DNA from: Mobula hypostoma | Taxonomy: Eukaryota | Length of the DNA stretch: 64,000 bases | Direction of reading: 5' to 3' | Assembly: GCF_963921235.1 (NCBI RefSeq) | Contig: NC_086104.1 | Span: 115,072,001 to 115,136,000, forward strand | Shown here: positions 25,423 through 38,189 of the stretch, piece after piece | How positions within the stretch are numbered: the first letter of the stretch is position 1 | Layout of the letters: each line of letters begins with the position of its first letter | Notes under the pieces: generated by a model | What the model saw: the letters and a program-made list of their open reading frames with translations, nothing else | Database searches by the model: none | Told to the model about the DNA's origin: nothing | Translations under genes and position numbers: made by a program

Positions 25423-25788
25423 CTGCAGTGTCGGAAGAGTGGAGAGCTGACACTCCACGAGATGTGACGGCGCAGAGGGGTTTGTGTGCCCGGATTCCAT
25501 GCCACTACAGTTATCCATCACAGTTGAACAATAAACCACGGACAGCAGTCTGGATGAATGATGAAAAATACAATGTTAAGTCAATCGCCTTTCACTCTGA
25601 GGATCACAGAAGTCAGGCAGGGAGGTTTCACTATCGGACCTGGCTGTCTGGTAACTTGAAAGACGGTGATTGTTCACTGGTTATAAACGATATCATGTTT
25701 GGAGATGAAGGTCCTTATCATTTCAGAATTGAATTTCCCAACCAGTATCATTACAGTTTCTACCCTGTAACACAGCTCTACGTTTCTG
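25423..25788 (+). CDS. Siglec-like gene exon 2: V-set Ig domain
   Basis: Boundaries ctctccccag|ct and tct g|gtaggt; 366 nt, phase 1-1. Reads EEWRA..GLCARIPCHY..W..GDCSLVI..EGPYHFRIE..YSF. It has the Siglec-type CxxxxC plus E-strand Cys, no F-strand Cys, and a conserved F-strand Arg (FRIE). Confidence 0.9.
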
Positions 25789-26177
25789 GTAGGTGAATTG
25801 TTCAATAATTGAAGCACTGGAGGGAAATAAGAAAACCGGTGTGGGTTATGTCAGCAAAGATTATAGCTTGGTATTATACAGGGTCTGGCTATCAAAGCTT
25901 AGCTTTTGAAATCCTGGCAAAGCCTTCCATTACAGTCTCATTTAAATCTCTGATATTCCTTTCATTAACATTGATAGCTCTTGACAACATTCATCAATGT
26001 TTCAATTATCAGCCCTGTATATCTGCTAATCACACTTCAACTACACATAAGAAAGTCGCTCAGACAGGCATTCAACAATGCAAGGCACAGGATCGAGACC
26101 TAATGGAGGCAAAGGAGACTGGTATGAATCTGGTGGGTGCAAGCCCCAACATAAGGATCCATTTCTCTATCTATTAG

Positions 26178-26471
26178 ATTTCACAGATAAACCCTCGATA
26201 TTTGCTGATGAAGTGGTTGAAGGAAAGCCCAAGGACATAATCTGCGCCTTCAACACCACATGTGATAAGGCAATACCCACGTTAACATGGGCCCTTCCCA
26301 CCAACGTATCAGCATTAAAGTCAGACAGTGTAACTCAGCAGGGTGACACTCTGATATACACTTCTGTTCTGACCCTGACCCCAACACTTAAACACCACGG
26401 ACAGAATCTCACCTGCAGAGTCAGATATCCAGCCACTTCATCGGAGCAGACCATCACACTAAACGTACAGA
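26178..26471 (+). CDS. Siglec-like gene exon 3: C2-set Ig domain
   Basis: Boundaries ctattag|at and cag a|gtaagt; 294 nt, phase 1-1. Reads DFTDKPSI..IICAFNTTCDK..LTW..QNLTCRV, with the extra Cys expected for the Siglec inter-domain disulfide. Confidence 0.9.
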
Positions 26472-26577
26472 GTAAGTACAGAGATAGTTTATTATCTTTG
26501 AAAGCAACAAAGCACAGTTTACACAGCAAGATCTCACAGACTGACTTGGTTGATCAGACCACTTGTGGAGCATTTTG

Positions 26578-26905
26578 AGCAGCCCAAACCTAAGGAAGAA
26601 TGTGCTGAATGTGGAGATGGTCCACAAAACATTTCCAGTGATGAAAGGCTTAATGTATGAGGAGTATCTGGGCCTGTACTTGCTGGAGTTTAGAAGAATG
26701 AGAGTGGATCTCATTGAAACCTATGAAATACTGAAAGACCTGGATAGAGTGGACATGGTGAGGATGTTTCCAGTGGTGGAAGAGTCTGGCGCAGCCTCAG
26801 AATAGAAGGATGTCCCTTTCGAACAGAGATGAGGAGGAATTTCTTTAGCCAGGGTGTGGTGAATCTGTTGGATGCATTGCCATAGATAATGGAGGCCAAG
26901 TCATG
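26578..26905 (+). mobile_element. CR1 LINE ORF2 C-terminal fragment (intronic)
   Basis: PNLRK..LGLYLLEFRRMRVDLIETYEILK matches the CR1 ORF2 tail in 54659-57370. Confidence 0.75.
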
Positions 26906-26909
26906 GGGG

Positions 26910-27600
26910 GCGGGGAAGGAATACAAGCTGGTAGGTGAAAGGTGATGGAAGTGAAGAAGAAGGATAGAAGAGGAGGGAGGACCATGGAAAAAAAGGAGTG
27001 AGCAGGGGCACCAGAGGGAGGTGATGGGCACGTGAGGAGAAGAGAAGGGGTGAGAGATGAACCAGAATGAGTAATGGGGAAAGGGAGAAAGGGGAGAAGA
27101 AGAAAGTAATGGAAGTTAGAGAAATTGATTGGAGGCTACGCAGACCGGATGTGAAATGTTGCTCCTTCAACCTGAGAGAGGCCTCTATGGTAGAGGAGGC
27201 CATGAACCAGCATGTGGGAATTGAATTGAAGTGGGTGGCCACTGGGAAATCCCAGCTTTTGGGGCTGATAGAGTGAAGGTGCTCCAATCTATATCAACTC
27301 TCACCAACATAGAGGAGGCCACACCAGGAGCACCGGATACCTCAGCAGACTAGCATATCGTGTCACCTCAGCTGGAATGACTGCAGGGGAGGAGGTATAG
27401 AGGCAGCTGTAGGACTAGTCCTGCTTGCAGGGGAAGAGAACAGGGTGAAAGGGCAAGCAGAATGAGGAATGGAAATCAGTGGGAGTGAGGAGTGGACAAG
27501 GGAGTCACATAGAGAGCAATTCCCTACTGATAGCAGAGAGTGGGGGGCAGGGGGTGAGGGTGGAGGGATAATGTGCTTTGTGGTCGGATCCTGATGAACT
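26910..27600 (-). mobile_element. Degenerate Penelope-like fragment (intronic)
   Basis: Minus strand WDFPVATHFNS and RLKEQH match the Penelope GIY-YIG C-terminal region. Confidence 0.6.
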
Positions 27601-27794
27601 GTAGATACACTTATGCCACCTTGGTCTCACAAAGAGGAGACAATGAAGATGGAATAGTGAAGGCCATAAATATCTGACTGGAACAAGACTGAACGCACCT
27701 CCACATCTCTCCCAACGCAGGTGCGGATACTGGAACTTACAAACTGCCCTTGACCTTAACTGCAGCTGTGGCAGTCTCTGGGCAGAATAGTTGA

Positions 27795-28050
27795 AAGCTC
27801 AAAGTAAATCTATCATTAATCTATGTATATCTTACCATAAACTACCTTAAGATTCATTTTCTTGCAGGCATTAACAATAAAAATTTACAAAAATCCGTAC
27901 CTGAACAGCCAAAGTCTGACAAACAACAAATATATCAAAGAAGACAAACTGTGGAAAAAAATAATTATGAGAACATGAATTGTAAAGAGCCATTAAAATT
28001 GAGTCTGTAGGTTGTAGTGGTGAATGAGATTATCCAAACTCATTCAGGAG
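27795..28050. repeat. Interspersed repeat fragment (family unassigned), second copy at ~44240-44600
   Basis: Shared ctcaaagt..att..ccttragattcattttcttgca..gagaacatga..gtctgtaggt segments. Confidence 0.5.
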
Positions 28051-28112
28051 CATCATACATCAAAGTTGCTGGTGAACGCAGCAGGCCAGGCAGCATCTAT
28101 AGGAAGAGGCGC

Positions 28113-28148
28113 AGTCGACGTTTCAGGCCGAGACCCTTCGTCAGGACT
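28113..28148 (-). ncRNA. Penelope-type minimal hammerhead ribozyme motif (stem II variant) in an intronic pLTR fragment
   Basis: Minus strand AGUC-CUGACGA-AGGGUCUCGGCCU-GAAAC-GUC-GACU. Confidence 0.6.
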
Positions 28149-28585
28149 AGGGTAATAACCAACCATTCCTGAATTGGTCGTGTGGGACGAAGTCTCTGTA
28201 CTTCCTGCCCAATGGTAGTAGCAATAAGAGGTTGCAGAAGGCAGTCATACTGACTTCCAGCCAGGAACATTGGCTGAAGTGAAATTACCCATGTACTAGG
28301 GAGGTTGCAACTGCACACCGCAGAATGTCACTAATGTCTGCACCAAGACAATAGTTCCGCATTTGCAATGTGCTCAAATAAATATTGAGATTAAGTATAA
28401 TTACTGGTTTCCTGTGCACTTGTATTCATCTCCCCTCAATATCCCTTGTGAGTTTTACAACCATCAGAGTGCGTTTGAGAGTATTGGGAGTTTGAGAGTG
28501 TTCTGTACTGAGCCAAGGGGGGAGCCTTAGCAGAGAACATTGTCACCAATAATTGTCTCTTCACTCTCACTTTCTACAATGGTAG

Positions 28586-28703
28586 GACAAAGGTCACAGG
28601 CAACACTAGTCATCCTATTGGCTGCTGCAGCAGGGGCTGTATTCCTGATCATCTCATTGGTTGTGATTTGCTTCATTCTCAGGACACGATGCAGAACTAG
28701 CAG
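28586..28703 (+). CDS. Siglec-like gene exon 4: transmembrane
   Basis: Boundaries tggtag|ga and agc ag|gtgggt; 118 nt, phase 1-2. Reads QRSQATLVILLAAAAGAVFLIISLVVICFILRTRCRTS, an uncharged TM followed by basic residues. Confidence 0.85.
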
Positions 28704-28859
28704 GTGGGTGTTACCATCTCCAAGACCTCCTCCTGCCCCTGCTCCTGGTGGCCTCACGGTCATCCCCAAAGCTTGCAGCGTTCAGCTGTTGGCCTTCAGA
28801 TGCCTTGGCCTTCCCTGAGCCCTGCAATTTCTTCTCTAATTTTCTTATTTTCTTTTTCT

Positions 28860-28960
28860 TTTCTTTCTCTCTCTCATTCTCTCTCTCTCTCTCTCACATA
28901 CACACACACACACACTCACTCTCTTACTCTCTATCTCTCTCTCTCATTTTTCTCTCGCTC
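28860..28960. repeat. (CT)n/(CA)n compound microsatellite
   Basis: ctctctctctctctctcacatacacacacacacacactcactctc. Confidence 0.85.
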
Positions 28961-29522
28961 TCTTTCTCTCACTTTTAAAATGTTCTACAAGCACTAAGCT
29001 TCTATTGCATTGTAGCACAATGGCTGCAGAACTGGACTTGCATGCTTCTGCGCTGTGGGCCCATAGACATAACTGTGAATCCCCATTAGCAGTTAGGAAA
29101 TTAGTTACATGTAAATAAATAAAGTAGTCACTTACAAAATCTTATTTCTTTAACATCAAACAAGGGGTTGTTGTCAATATTTCTGGGTTCATTCTGGTTA
29201 CAGAGCCACTCTGTGCTTGACTCTGAACTACATTGTCAGTTCAAGGGCAAATAGAGATTGACAATAAATACTGGTGCTGCCTGCCAAAGGCACATTCTGT
29301 AAATATCTCTTCATGTATTTACATTTCTGTGAAGCTCGTGAAAACATTTTACTGCATGAATGGTGTTGTATAAGTTCAATTTGTTGTTGAAATAAGCTAA
29401 GGCCACAAAAGAACATTGAGACTTTGGAACACTCTCTCTGTCCTTGATACTTCAAATTGGACACAGGAATTTCCCTGCCACCATGAATATTTTTGTAACT
29501 TTGCCTCATTCTCTGCTCTTAG

Positions 29523-29598
29523 ACCACCAGCAGATGCATCAGGACCTGTATCAGAGAAGAAATCAAGAGTGATTCCAATTAGAAAGAGACAGAAGAAG
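29523..29598 (+). CDS. Siglec-like gene exon 5: cytoplasmic
   Basis: Boundaries ctctgctcttag|a and aag|gtgagt; 76 nt, phase 2-0. Reads (R)PPADASGPVSEKKSRVIPIRKRQKK. Confidence 0.82.
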
Positions 29599-29733
29599 GT
29601 GAGTGTTATAAATGCACCACATGTAGTTCGAAACAGTCCAGATAACATCTGTCCCGTGTGGTGACACTGAATGAACCATCACAAGGCATTATCTGTACAG
29701 CACTTTGGTCAACATGGGTTGTTTTTAAATGTG

Positions 29734-29734
<1 letters not shown>

Positions 29735-29770
<36 letters not shown>
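29735..29770. repeat. (TA)18 microsatellite
   Basis: Direct read. Confidence 0.95.
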
Positions 29771-29777
<7 letters not shown>

Positions 29778-30222
29778 TTGACTTGACTTGACTTTATTAA
29801 GCCTAAAGCAAGGCCAACGTACAGCAGCACTCCACTGCTCTAGATGCAGCTGCAGTGGCCACACATTAAGCAACCATAATCAATCCAGCACATTCTGGGA
29901 TTAACAGTCCCTCTAGCAGTGTGATGCTTTCTCAGCAGTGCCCTTCCACACAACAACAGCCCCTCAGCATTGTCCTTGGATTACATGGATTCCTTTTCAT
30001 GCTTGCGACATGGTTGGTGGGTCTTGAACATAGGCTCTGCACTCCAAGAGGCAGGCTGGTGCTTCTCATTGAGTCCAGTGTAACCAGACACTGAAATCAT
30101 ATAATCAAACCCAACCCAGACTGCCAACATCATCTGTGGGCAGAATAATTCCACTGGGGCTCAAACAAACCATATCGTGATCCTGCTAATTGTCCCTCTG
30201 TTCATCTCCATAGCTGTCACAG

Positions 30223-30330
30223 AAGAATGTGAAAAATGATTCGAAAGTCACACCAAACCATGACTATCAAGTTTATTGCATCTATGAAAACTGCCGGGTT
30301 GATGAGAACGCTATATATGCAAATATATAA
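30223..30330 (+). CDS. Siglec-like gene exon 6: terminal, tyrosine motifs
   Basis: gtcacag|AAG acceptor; reads KNVKNDSKVTPNHDYQVYCIYENCRVDENAIYANI*. Exons total 46+366+294+118+76+108 = 1008 nt, or 335 aa plus stop. Confidence 0.82.
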   Translation, partial: KNVKNDSKVTPNHDYQVYCIYENCRVDENAIYANI

Positions 30331-31126
30331 TTGAATCTGGAACAGGAAGCTCAAATTCTGGAAGAGCACAGAAGAGCATTTGAAATAATGTCAGAAATCC
30401 ACAGGAATTCACCTCCGAAAACCAGTTTCGAATTCTTTGATAGTATCTGAAGCTCTTCCACAGAGCTGATAGAATTGTAATTTAGCAGATTATTCTCACT
30501 GTGTGCAATGACATGACATGTGTCCTGCTTCAGGATTGTCCCTCATTTGTTGGAGGTAGCCTCCTCTCCTCTCAATCATTAATGTCTGCACGTATTATTA
30601 AATTGTTCCACGGGACAGACCCTCTCTGTTCATTCAATTGTCCATTTTTATATTGCAATTCACATACCACTCTCTGAATGTTTACAGATTGGTTGTTTCT
30701 GGGTCCAGCTGTCAGGTTGGTTGGTTGGAAGGCAGCTAGACCAGGGCAGATCTGGGTAATTTGTTCCCTGTGTAACAATCCTGCTAACGCTGTTTATTTC
30801 TCTGTATGCTGTTTTGATTTTAATTGGACTGCATGTCACTGGGCCTGTCACATGCCTTGTTTTCGCCTCTCACAAAATGGGCACTGTTGCAAAAGCTACC
30901 TGAGCCCGTGCAGCTCCTATTGGCCTGCCAGCTTTGCTGCTGCTGCTGTTCCATGAGGTGGAGAGAAAACTCGGCGAACAGGCCACCCTAACAGTTCGTT
31001 CTATCAAAGGCCTTTTTTACCATCACTGATCATCTTTGATATAAAAAGATAAACAATAAATCCATTTGAAATCATACTCGACCTGCTGTTGCTGATATTT
31101 ACACCGTAAGCCAATGATACCATCTG

Positions 31127-31531
31127 TGTCACAACCACGGATTCAGCAGTGCATCAAGTTAGGTAACTGCGCTCATGAATATGCACGTGCCAGCTAATTA
31201 TTATTTCATTGTGATAGTATTTAACCCCACTCATTCCGCTGTAGTATTTGTTGAGACTTGGACATAGCTAAGCTTCGCTGTCTGCATTGCCTGAGAAAGT
31301 GGACTCTGACTGACTCTGGAGACTAGCAGTATTCGTTTTATTCTTAGTTGTTCTTTCCAGCTGCAGTACAGGGTTCGTTTTGTAATTGAGAGTTTTAGTT
31401 AATGGCCTTGTTTGGTCTAGCATTTATTGTTTTCTTTTTCCTTTGACATTGTTCGCATTAAGGTCTGTGAAATATCGACCAGCTTCAGTGTCTCTCACTC
31501 CGCACTTGGGCCATGTCCGATCCTGGTGACA
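31127..31531. mobile_element. Probable solo LTR (405 bp)
   Basis: Termini tgtcac...gtgaca; flanks atctg / atcag (near 5-bp TSD). Confidence 0.55.
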
Positions 31532-32559
31532 ATCAGCGAAAGGAGCCAGGGCAGATGAATCACCTGTGGCAGATGTGGAGCTGTGAGTCCAGATATGAGA
31601 CACATCTGGTTCCTCAGCTCAGGATTCAAGGAATACTCACAGTCCATTGGGAATATATGGATGGAGTGGATGAGAAAGGATAGATTCAAGGGGTGAGTCC
31701 AGGACAAAGCATGAGGGCTTATGACAAGCAGAGGTATTTGTAACTGTCATATTGTATGTTAAAGTTTGCAACAATCACACGCTAAACATGCACATGTCTC
31801 AGAGAAGAATTGATTTAAATTGTGGAACATTTCAAAAGGATGAAACATACTGATAGGGGAGACCAGAAATTAGAGGCATGGATTTCACTCATCAGATGGC
31901 CATTTTGATTGCAGGTAGTCATTATCGGGTCTAGTGTAGATTTCAGACATAACTACTCCATCCCAGGACTTGAGTCTCTCTCCCATGGGCAGTAGCTGAA
32001 AGTGTAGCCATAGTGCTAGGAAATCCGATTAAACAAATGGCAAGTCATAGATTTAAAGGATATGCTGACAGGCTGAGCTGAAGTCAGGTATAAAATTGCC
32101 TGTGTGGTGTATAAATGCCTCAGGGTGTGGGCCAAACAGCTGGTCCCATTCTGGTCATCATGTAGCAGGTTTTACAGGGCCAACGGTTATACAGGAATAT
32201 GAGAGCATGGTGCCTGTTCCAAGTACAATCTGAGGATTTGCTGCCCTCTCTCCTTGGCTCCTCAGAGCTCGATAGAGAGGTTCCAATAGCACTTTCCACA
32301 TCCCCACAAGAAAATACCTTCCAGTCAGTTGATACAATCCAAATCTGGGCAATAACTGGCATGGTCAAAAAGCTGGCGGGTGGGGGGAGGGGAGCGCGGG
32401 GGAATCAGTACCTCACCATCACCTACCCCTGCTCAGGAGGAGGTCATTCAGCAGGGCAGCAGGTAAAGCAGTTCAGTGCTATGTACAACCCACCAGGGCA
32501 GTGAAAGACCCCAGCTGATCACCGTTGACAAGTAGCTACTCATCCTCAATGAAAATTGT

Positions 32560-34858
32560 ATTACATGACTACAAGAAGAGGGGCTGTACTTGATCTGGTA
32601 TTGGGAAATGAACCTGATCAGGTGTCAGGTCTGTCAGTGGACAGCATTTTGGAGATAGTGATCACAATTCTATCTCCTTTACCGTAGCATTGGAGAGGGA
32701 TAGGAACAGACAAACTAGGGAAACGTTTAATTGGAGAAGGGGAAATATGAGGCTATCAGGCAGGAACTTGGAAGCATAAATTGGAAACAGATGTTCTGAG
32801 GGAAATGTGGCAAATGTTCAGGGGACATTTGCGTGGGGTTCTGAGTAGGTACATTCCAATGAGACAGGGAAAAGATAATAGGGTACAAGATCCGTGGTGT
32901 ACAAAGGCTGTTGTAAATCTAGTCAAGAAGAAAAGAACTTACGAAAGGCTCAAAAAACTAGGTAATGATAGGAATCTAGAAGATTATAAGGCTAGCAGGA
33001 AGGAGTTTAAGAATGAAATTAAGAGAGCCAGAAGGGGCCATGAGAAGGCATTGGCAGACAGGATTAAGGAAAACCCCAAGGCATTTCACAAGTATGTGAA
33101 GAGCAAGAGGATAAGACATGAGAGAATATGACCAATCAAGTGTGACAGTGGAAAAGTGTGTATAGAACCAGAGGAAATAGTGTAGGTACTTAGTGAACAC
33201 TTTGCTTCAGTATTCACTGAGGAAAGGGATCATGGCGATTGTAGGGATGACTTGCAGTGGACTGAAAAGCTTGAACATGTAGATATTAAGGAAGAGGATG
33301 TGTTGGAGCTTTTGGAAAGCATCAGGTTGGATAAGTCACTGGGACTGGACAGGATGTACCCCAGGCTACTGTGGGAAATGAGGGAGGAGATTTCTGAGCC
33401 TCTGACGATGATCTTTGCATCATAAATGGGGACAGCAGGACTGGAGGGTTACGGATGTTGTTCCCTTATTCAAGAAAGGGAGTAGGGATAGCCCAGGAAA
33501 TTATAAGCCAGTGAGTCTGACTTCAGTGGTTGGTAAGTTGATGGAGAAGATCCTGAAAGGCAGGATTTATGAACACTTGGAGAGGTATAATATGATCAGG
33601 AATAGTCAGCATGACTTTGTCAAGGATAGGTCGTACCTTACAAGCCTGATTGAATTTTTTGAGGATGTGACTAAACACATAGATGAAGGAAGAACAGTAG
33701 ATGTAGTGTATATGGATTTCAGCAAGGCATTTGATAAGGTACCCCATGCAAGGCTTATTGAGAAAGTAAGGAGGCATGGGATCCAAGGGGACATTGTTTT
33801 GTGGATCCAGAACTGGCTTGCCCACAGAAGGCAAAGAGTGGTTGTAGATGGGTCATATTCTGCATGGAGGTCCGGACCAGTGGTGTGCCTCAGGGATCTG
33901 TTCTGGGACCCCTACTCTTTGTGATTTTTATAAATGACCTGGATGAGGAAGTGGAGGGATGGGTTAGTAAGTTTGCTGATGACACAAAGGTTGGAGGTAT
34001 TGTGGACAGTGTGGAGGGCTTTCAAAGGTTACAACGGGACATTGATAGGATGCAAAACTGGGCTGAGAAGTGGCAGATGGAGTTCAACCCAGATAAGTAT
34101 GAGGTGGTTCATTTTGGTAGGTCAAATATGATGGCAGAATATAGTATTAATGGAAAGCTTCTTGGGAGTGTGGAGGATTAGAGGGATCTTGGGGTCCAAG
34201 TCCATAGGACACTCAGAGCTGCTACGCAGGTTGACTCTGTGGTTAAGAAGGCATACATCAATTGTGGGATTGAGTTTAAGAGCTGAGAGGTAATATTGCA
34301 GCTATATAGGACCCTGGTCAGACCCCACTTGGAGTACTGTGCTTAGTTCTGGTCGCCTCACTACAGGAAGGATGTGGAAACCATAGTAAGGGTGCAGAGG
34401 AGATTTACAAGGATGTTGTCTGGTTTGGGGAGCATGCCTTATGAGAATGGGTTGAGTGAACTCAGCCTTTTCTCCTTGGAGCGAAGGAGGATGAGAAGTG
34501 ACCTGACAGAGGTGTACAAGATAATGAGAGGCATTGATCATGTGGATAGTCAGAGGCTTTTTCCCAAGGCTGAAATAGCTAGCATGAGAGGGCATAGTTT
34601 TAAAGTGCTTGGAAGGAGGTACAGAGGAGATGTCAGGGGTAAGTTTTTTTTTTACGCAGAGAGTGGTGAGTGCGTGGAATGGGCTGCTGGCGGCGGTGGT
34701 GGAGGCGGAAACGATAGGGTCTTTTAAGAGACTCCTGAATGGCTACATGGAGATCAGAAAAATAGAGGGCTATGGGTAGTTCTAAATTAGGGACATGTTC
34801 GGCACAGCTTTGTGTGCCGAAAGGCCTGAATTGTGCTGTACGGTTTCTATGTTTCTAT
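32560..34858 (+). mobile_element. 5'-truncated, decayed CR1 LINE (ORF2 remnants)
   Basis: [36 protein letters not shown] and SKFADDTK in broken frames; gtttctatgtttcta tail. Confidence 0.9.
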
Positions 34859-36548
34859 ATGTAGAAAAGGTTTGTTCTTGTCCATTCATTCATGTATTTC
34901 TGGAGGAACAAAAGTGAAATATAGTACACAATCTTGCCCACACTCTGTGCTGTGAACAGTCTGTCCTATCTACCCAGTAACAAAACCAGAGTGAACAAAC
35001 TCTGAGATCACAACATTAAGAATGATTAAAGTATCTGAGGCTCTATCACAGTAAAGGCTGCAGAAAGACATGATTGAGGACTTTAAACTTATCAAATAAT
35101 TCCACAAGTAGTACTTGAGAAGTCTCTATTCGTCAAGGGAGACCAGAGTTTGTCTTTATACAGCAGGAAGGATATAGAACACTACAAGTTACATCTTTCT
35201 AAAATTTCATTGGATTTGTCAAATCTGACACTTCCCGCTCACAAAACCATGCCAACTGCTTTCCTCACACCGCATTAAGGTCAATATCAGTGGTGTCGAG
35301 GCAACTACACATTATATCTTACAGATATTTTGTTACAATGGCAATGCAGGCTCAATTCACCACACACAATGGGGATCAACTCAGAGCCAAGTCTTAGATG
35401 TTGGGGGACAAAGTTCCCAGGGAACATCCCGTTGCCTCCCCTGGTGCTCACCTGTCCCAATGGGCAGGAGTTCATTGCTACGTCCAGAACCAGAGTTGTG
35501 TTATGGTTTGTAAATCCATGAACTAATCGAATGAAAAATACAGGAACAAGGATGTTTTGTTAACTTAGTTTTTCTTTAGTGAGGCATTCACATATGATGT
35601 GGTGATGTAATTTTGTCTGCCATTCATGTACTTCTTACAGAATGAATTATGTAAACAACGAATGCTTAATCAAACAATATATTTACAATACTACTCAAAT
35701 ATTAAATACACTACACTCCTCTCTGCTTAGCTGTAAACTCCAACTCAATATAGAATACATCTCAAATCAAATATGAAATGTAATATATTGCTCGCTAGTT
35801 ATCTTTAACATCCAGTCTATGATATAATACAAATACTGTGGAGGATTTTGTACGCAGGTGGGATAACATCTGTCCTGTCCAGGGAGGTGGGACAATCTCA
35901 TCTGCTTGGCAGCTGAGATTTGTGGTTGTGAAACAATCTCAAGTTCTGGGGCCTTCTCCATGGTGATTGTAGGAGTTGACTCTGGGGCTGCAGAAAGTGC
36001 TTCTAACAGCTCTGGGCACCTTTCTTCTCTAGCAATTGATTGGAATCAGAATCAGAATCAGGTTTATTATCACCTCAAATGATATCAGGCACAATCTCCA
36101 CTGTGTAGGAGAGTGGTCCACTTCTGTCTTAATCTTTACAAGTACCCACTTTTGATCACCTCTGCGGTCCTTCACTAGGACTTCTTGTCCAGGAGTGAAA
36201 CTTTGAACTTCCTTGTTTGAGGAACCTTCAATTTGTCTCAGGTGTTTGTCCTGCATACTCCTTCTGAGATTGGATTTGAGGAGTTTCAAGCATAAGCACA
36301 AAAGATGATCCAGGAACAGCACAGCTGGTGGGTTATTGGTGGTGGAGTTTGTGGCATTGTGATATGCAAGGAGGAGATTGGAGAGTTTCTGATTCGGTGT
36401 CAGTGCAATGTGTTCTGCTGGCATTGCTGGTAGTGTGTTATTTAGACTCTGGACAGACCTCTCTGTTGAGCCATTTGTAGCTGGGTGGTAGGGGCAGATG
36501 TAATATGTCTTAATCCATTCATTTTCAGAATGACTGAAAGTGTTCCGC

Positions 36549-37055
36549 AACGAACTGTGGTCCATTCTCACTGACTGAGTGTTCTGGAACAAGCTGTGCT
36601 CTGTTCTCACTGACTGAGTGTTCTGGAACAAACCGTGGTCCATCCTCACTGATTGAGTGTTCTGGAACAAACTGTGGTCCGTTCTCTCTGACTGAGTGTT
36701 CTGGAATAAACTGTGGTCTATTGTTACTGACTGAGTGTTCCAGAACAAACTGTGGTCCATTCTAACTGACTGAGTGTTCTGGAACAAACTGTGGTCCATT
36801 GTCACTGACTGAGTGTTCTGGAACAAACTGTGGTCTATTGTCACTGACTGAGTGTTCCAGAACAAACTGTGGTCCATTCTCACTGACTGAGTGTTCTGGA
36901 ACAAACTGTGGACTATTGTCACTGACTGAGTGTTCCAGAACAAACTGTGGTCCATTCTCACCACCTGAGTGCTCTGGAACAAACTGTGGTCCATTGTCAC
37001 TGACTGCGTGTTCTGGAACAAACTGCAGTCCATTCTCACTGACTGACTGTTCTGG
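36549..37055. repeat. 39-bp tandem repeat, 13 copies, inside the Gypsy integrase
   Basis: Unit aacaaactgtggtccattctcactgactgagtgttctgg every 39 bp from 36549 to 37017. Confidence 0.95.
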
Positions 37056-38189
37056 AACACCAGTCCAACACATCAACAGTGTGCGAGGCTGTAGTCGAGT
37101 CTACTGGGAACACCTCTGGTACATCCACTACTACCAAGAAATGTGTGCTAATGAATGGCCCAGCAAAATCCACATGAATTGACAGCCACTGCAATGCAGG
37201 CCTTTCCCAGAGACACAGCTCTGGCATCTTCTGGACATGTTGGCATTCCATACAGTGCATGGCAAGTGAGTCTATCTTTTGATCTATCCGAGACCACCAG
37301 ACAAAGTTTTAAGCCAATGCTTTCATTTTGACCAAGCCTACATGACTGGCATGTAGCTCCTCCAATACTTTAGCTCTCAGTTTGGATGGTACAACAGCTG
37401 GCAACTCCCATATAAGGCACACCCATCAAGGGCAAGTTCATGCTGGCACTGGTAAAAATGGGGAAACTGGAGTCTCTGTTGCACATTCCAGACAATTTGG
37501 GTTGCCATGTAGACCTGAGACAGTATGGGGTCTTCTCTGGTTTCTTTGGATCATCTCTGCCGTACCAGAGAGACTTTCAATTTGCATTATGGAATAATAC
37601 GTCAAGAGAAGTGTCTTCTTTTGTAAATTTTTCAGTTATTTCCTTTTCCAGGGGAAAACAGGACAACCGCTCAGCATTTTCATGGTTAGTTGCCCTCTTG
37701 CATTTGATCTTGTAATTGTGTTCTCTGAGTAACAGAGTCCATCTCTGCATTTATGCTGCTGCTGTTAGTGGAACACCCTTCTGTGGATTGAAAACGGACA
37801 CAAGTGGTTGATGATCAGTAGTGAGAGTAAACTCTCTCCCATACAAGTACTGGTTGAAATGTTTTGCACCTCAAACCAGACCCAAAGCCTCCCTGTCAAT
37901 CTGTGCAGCTGTAAGGGAACGTGATGCAAAGGTTATGCAGTGTTCACGTCCACCACTCATAACATGTAACATGACTGCACCCCTACTCATAGGTAAGCTT
38001 CACTGGATGGTGTAGATCATAAAGTGTGAGTACAGTGTCTGACATCACCATTTCCTTTATCTTTTGGAAAACAACCTAACACTACTTTGACCACCATGGT
38101 GACATGTTCCGTGGTCTTGGGGCATCCACCACTGCTTGAATTTTCTCAGCATACTGGTGTAATACTTGTGTGTCCATGGTGTGTCCATA

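Noticed and set aside
26472-28585. Additional Ig exon(s) between C2 and TM
   Set aside because: The interval is CR1, Penelope and other repeat fragments. I found no open segment with the Ig Cys/Trp pattern and splice sites.
28586-30330. Assignment as Siglec-15 or as an ITAM-bearing activating receptor
   Set aside because: There is no lysine or other charged residue in the TM, and tyrosine spacing does not fit YxxL/I-x6-8-YxxL/I.
36029-37060. 343-aa ORF as a host gene
   Set aside because: It is the 39-bp repeat read in an alternative frame, fused to the decayed integrase C-terminus.
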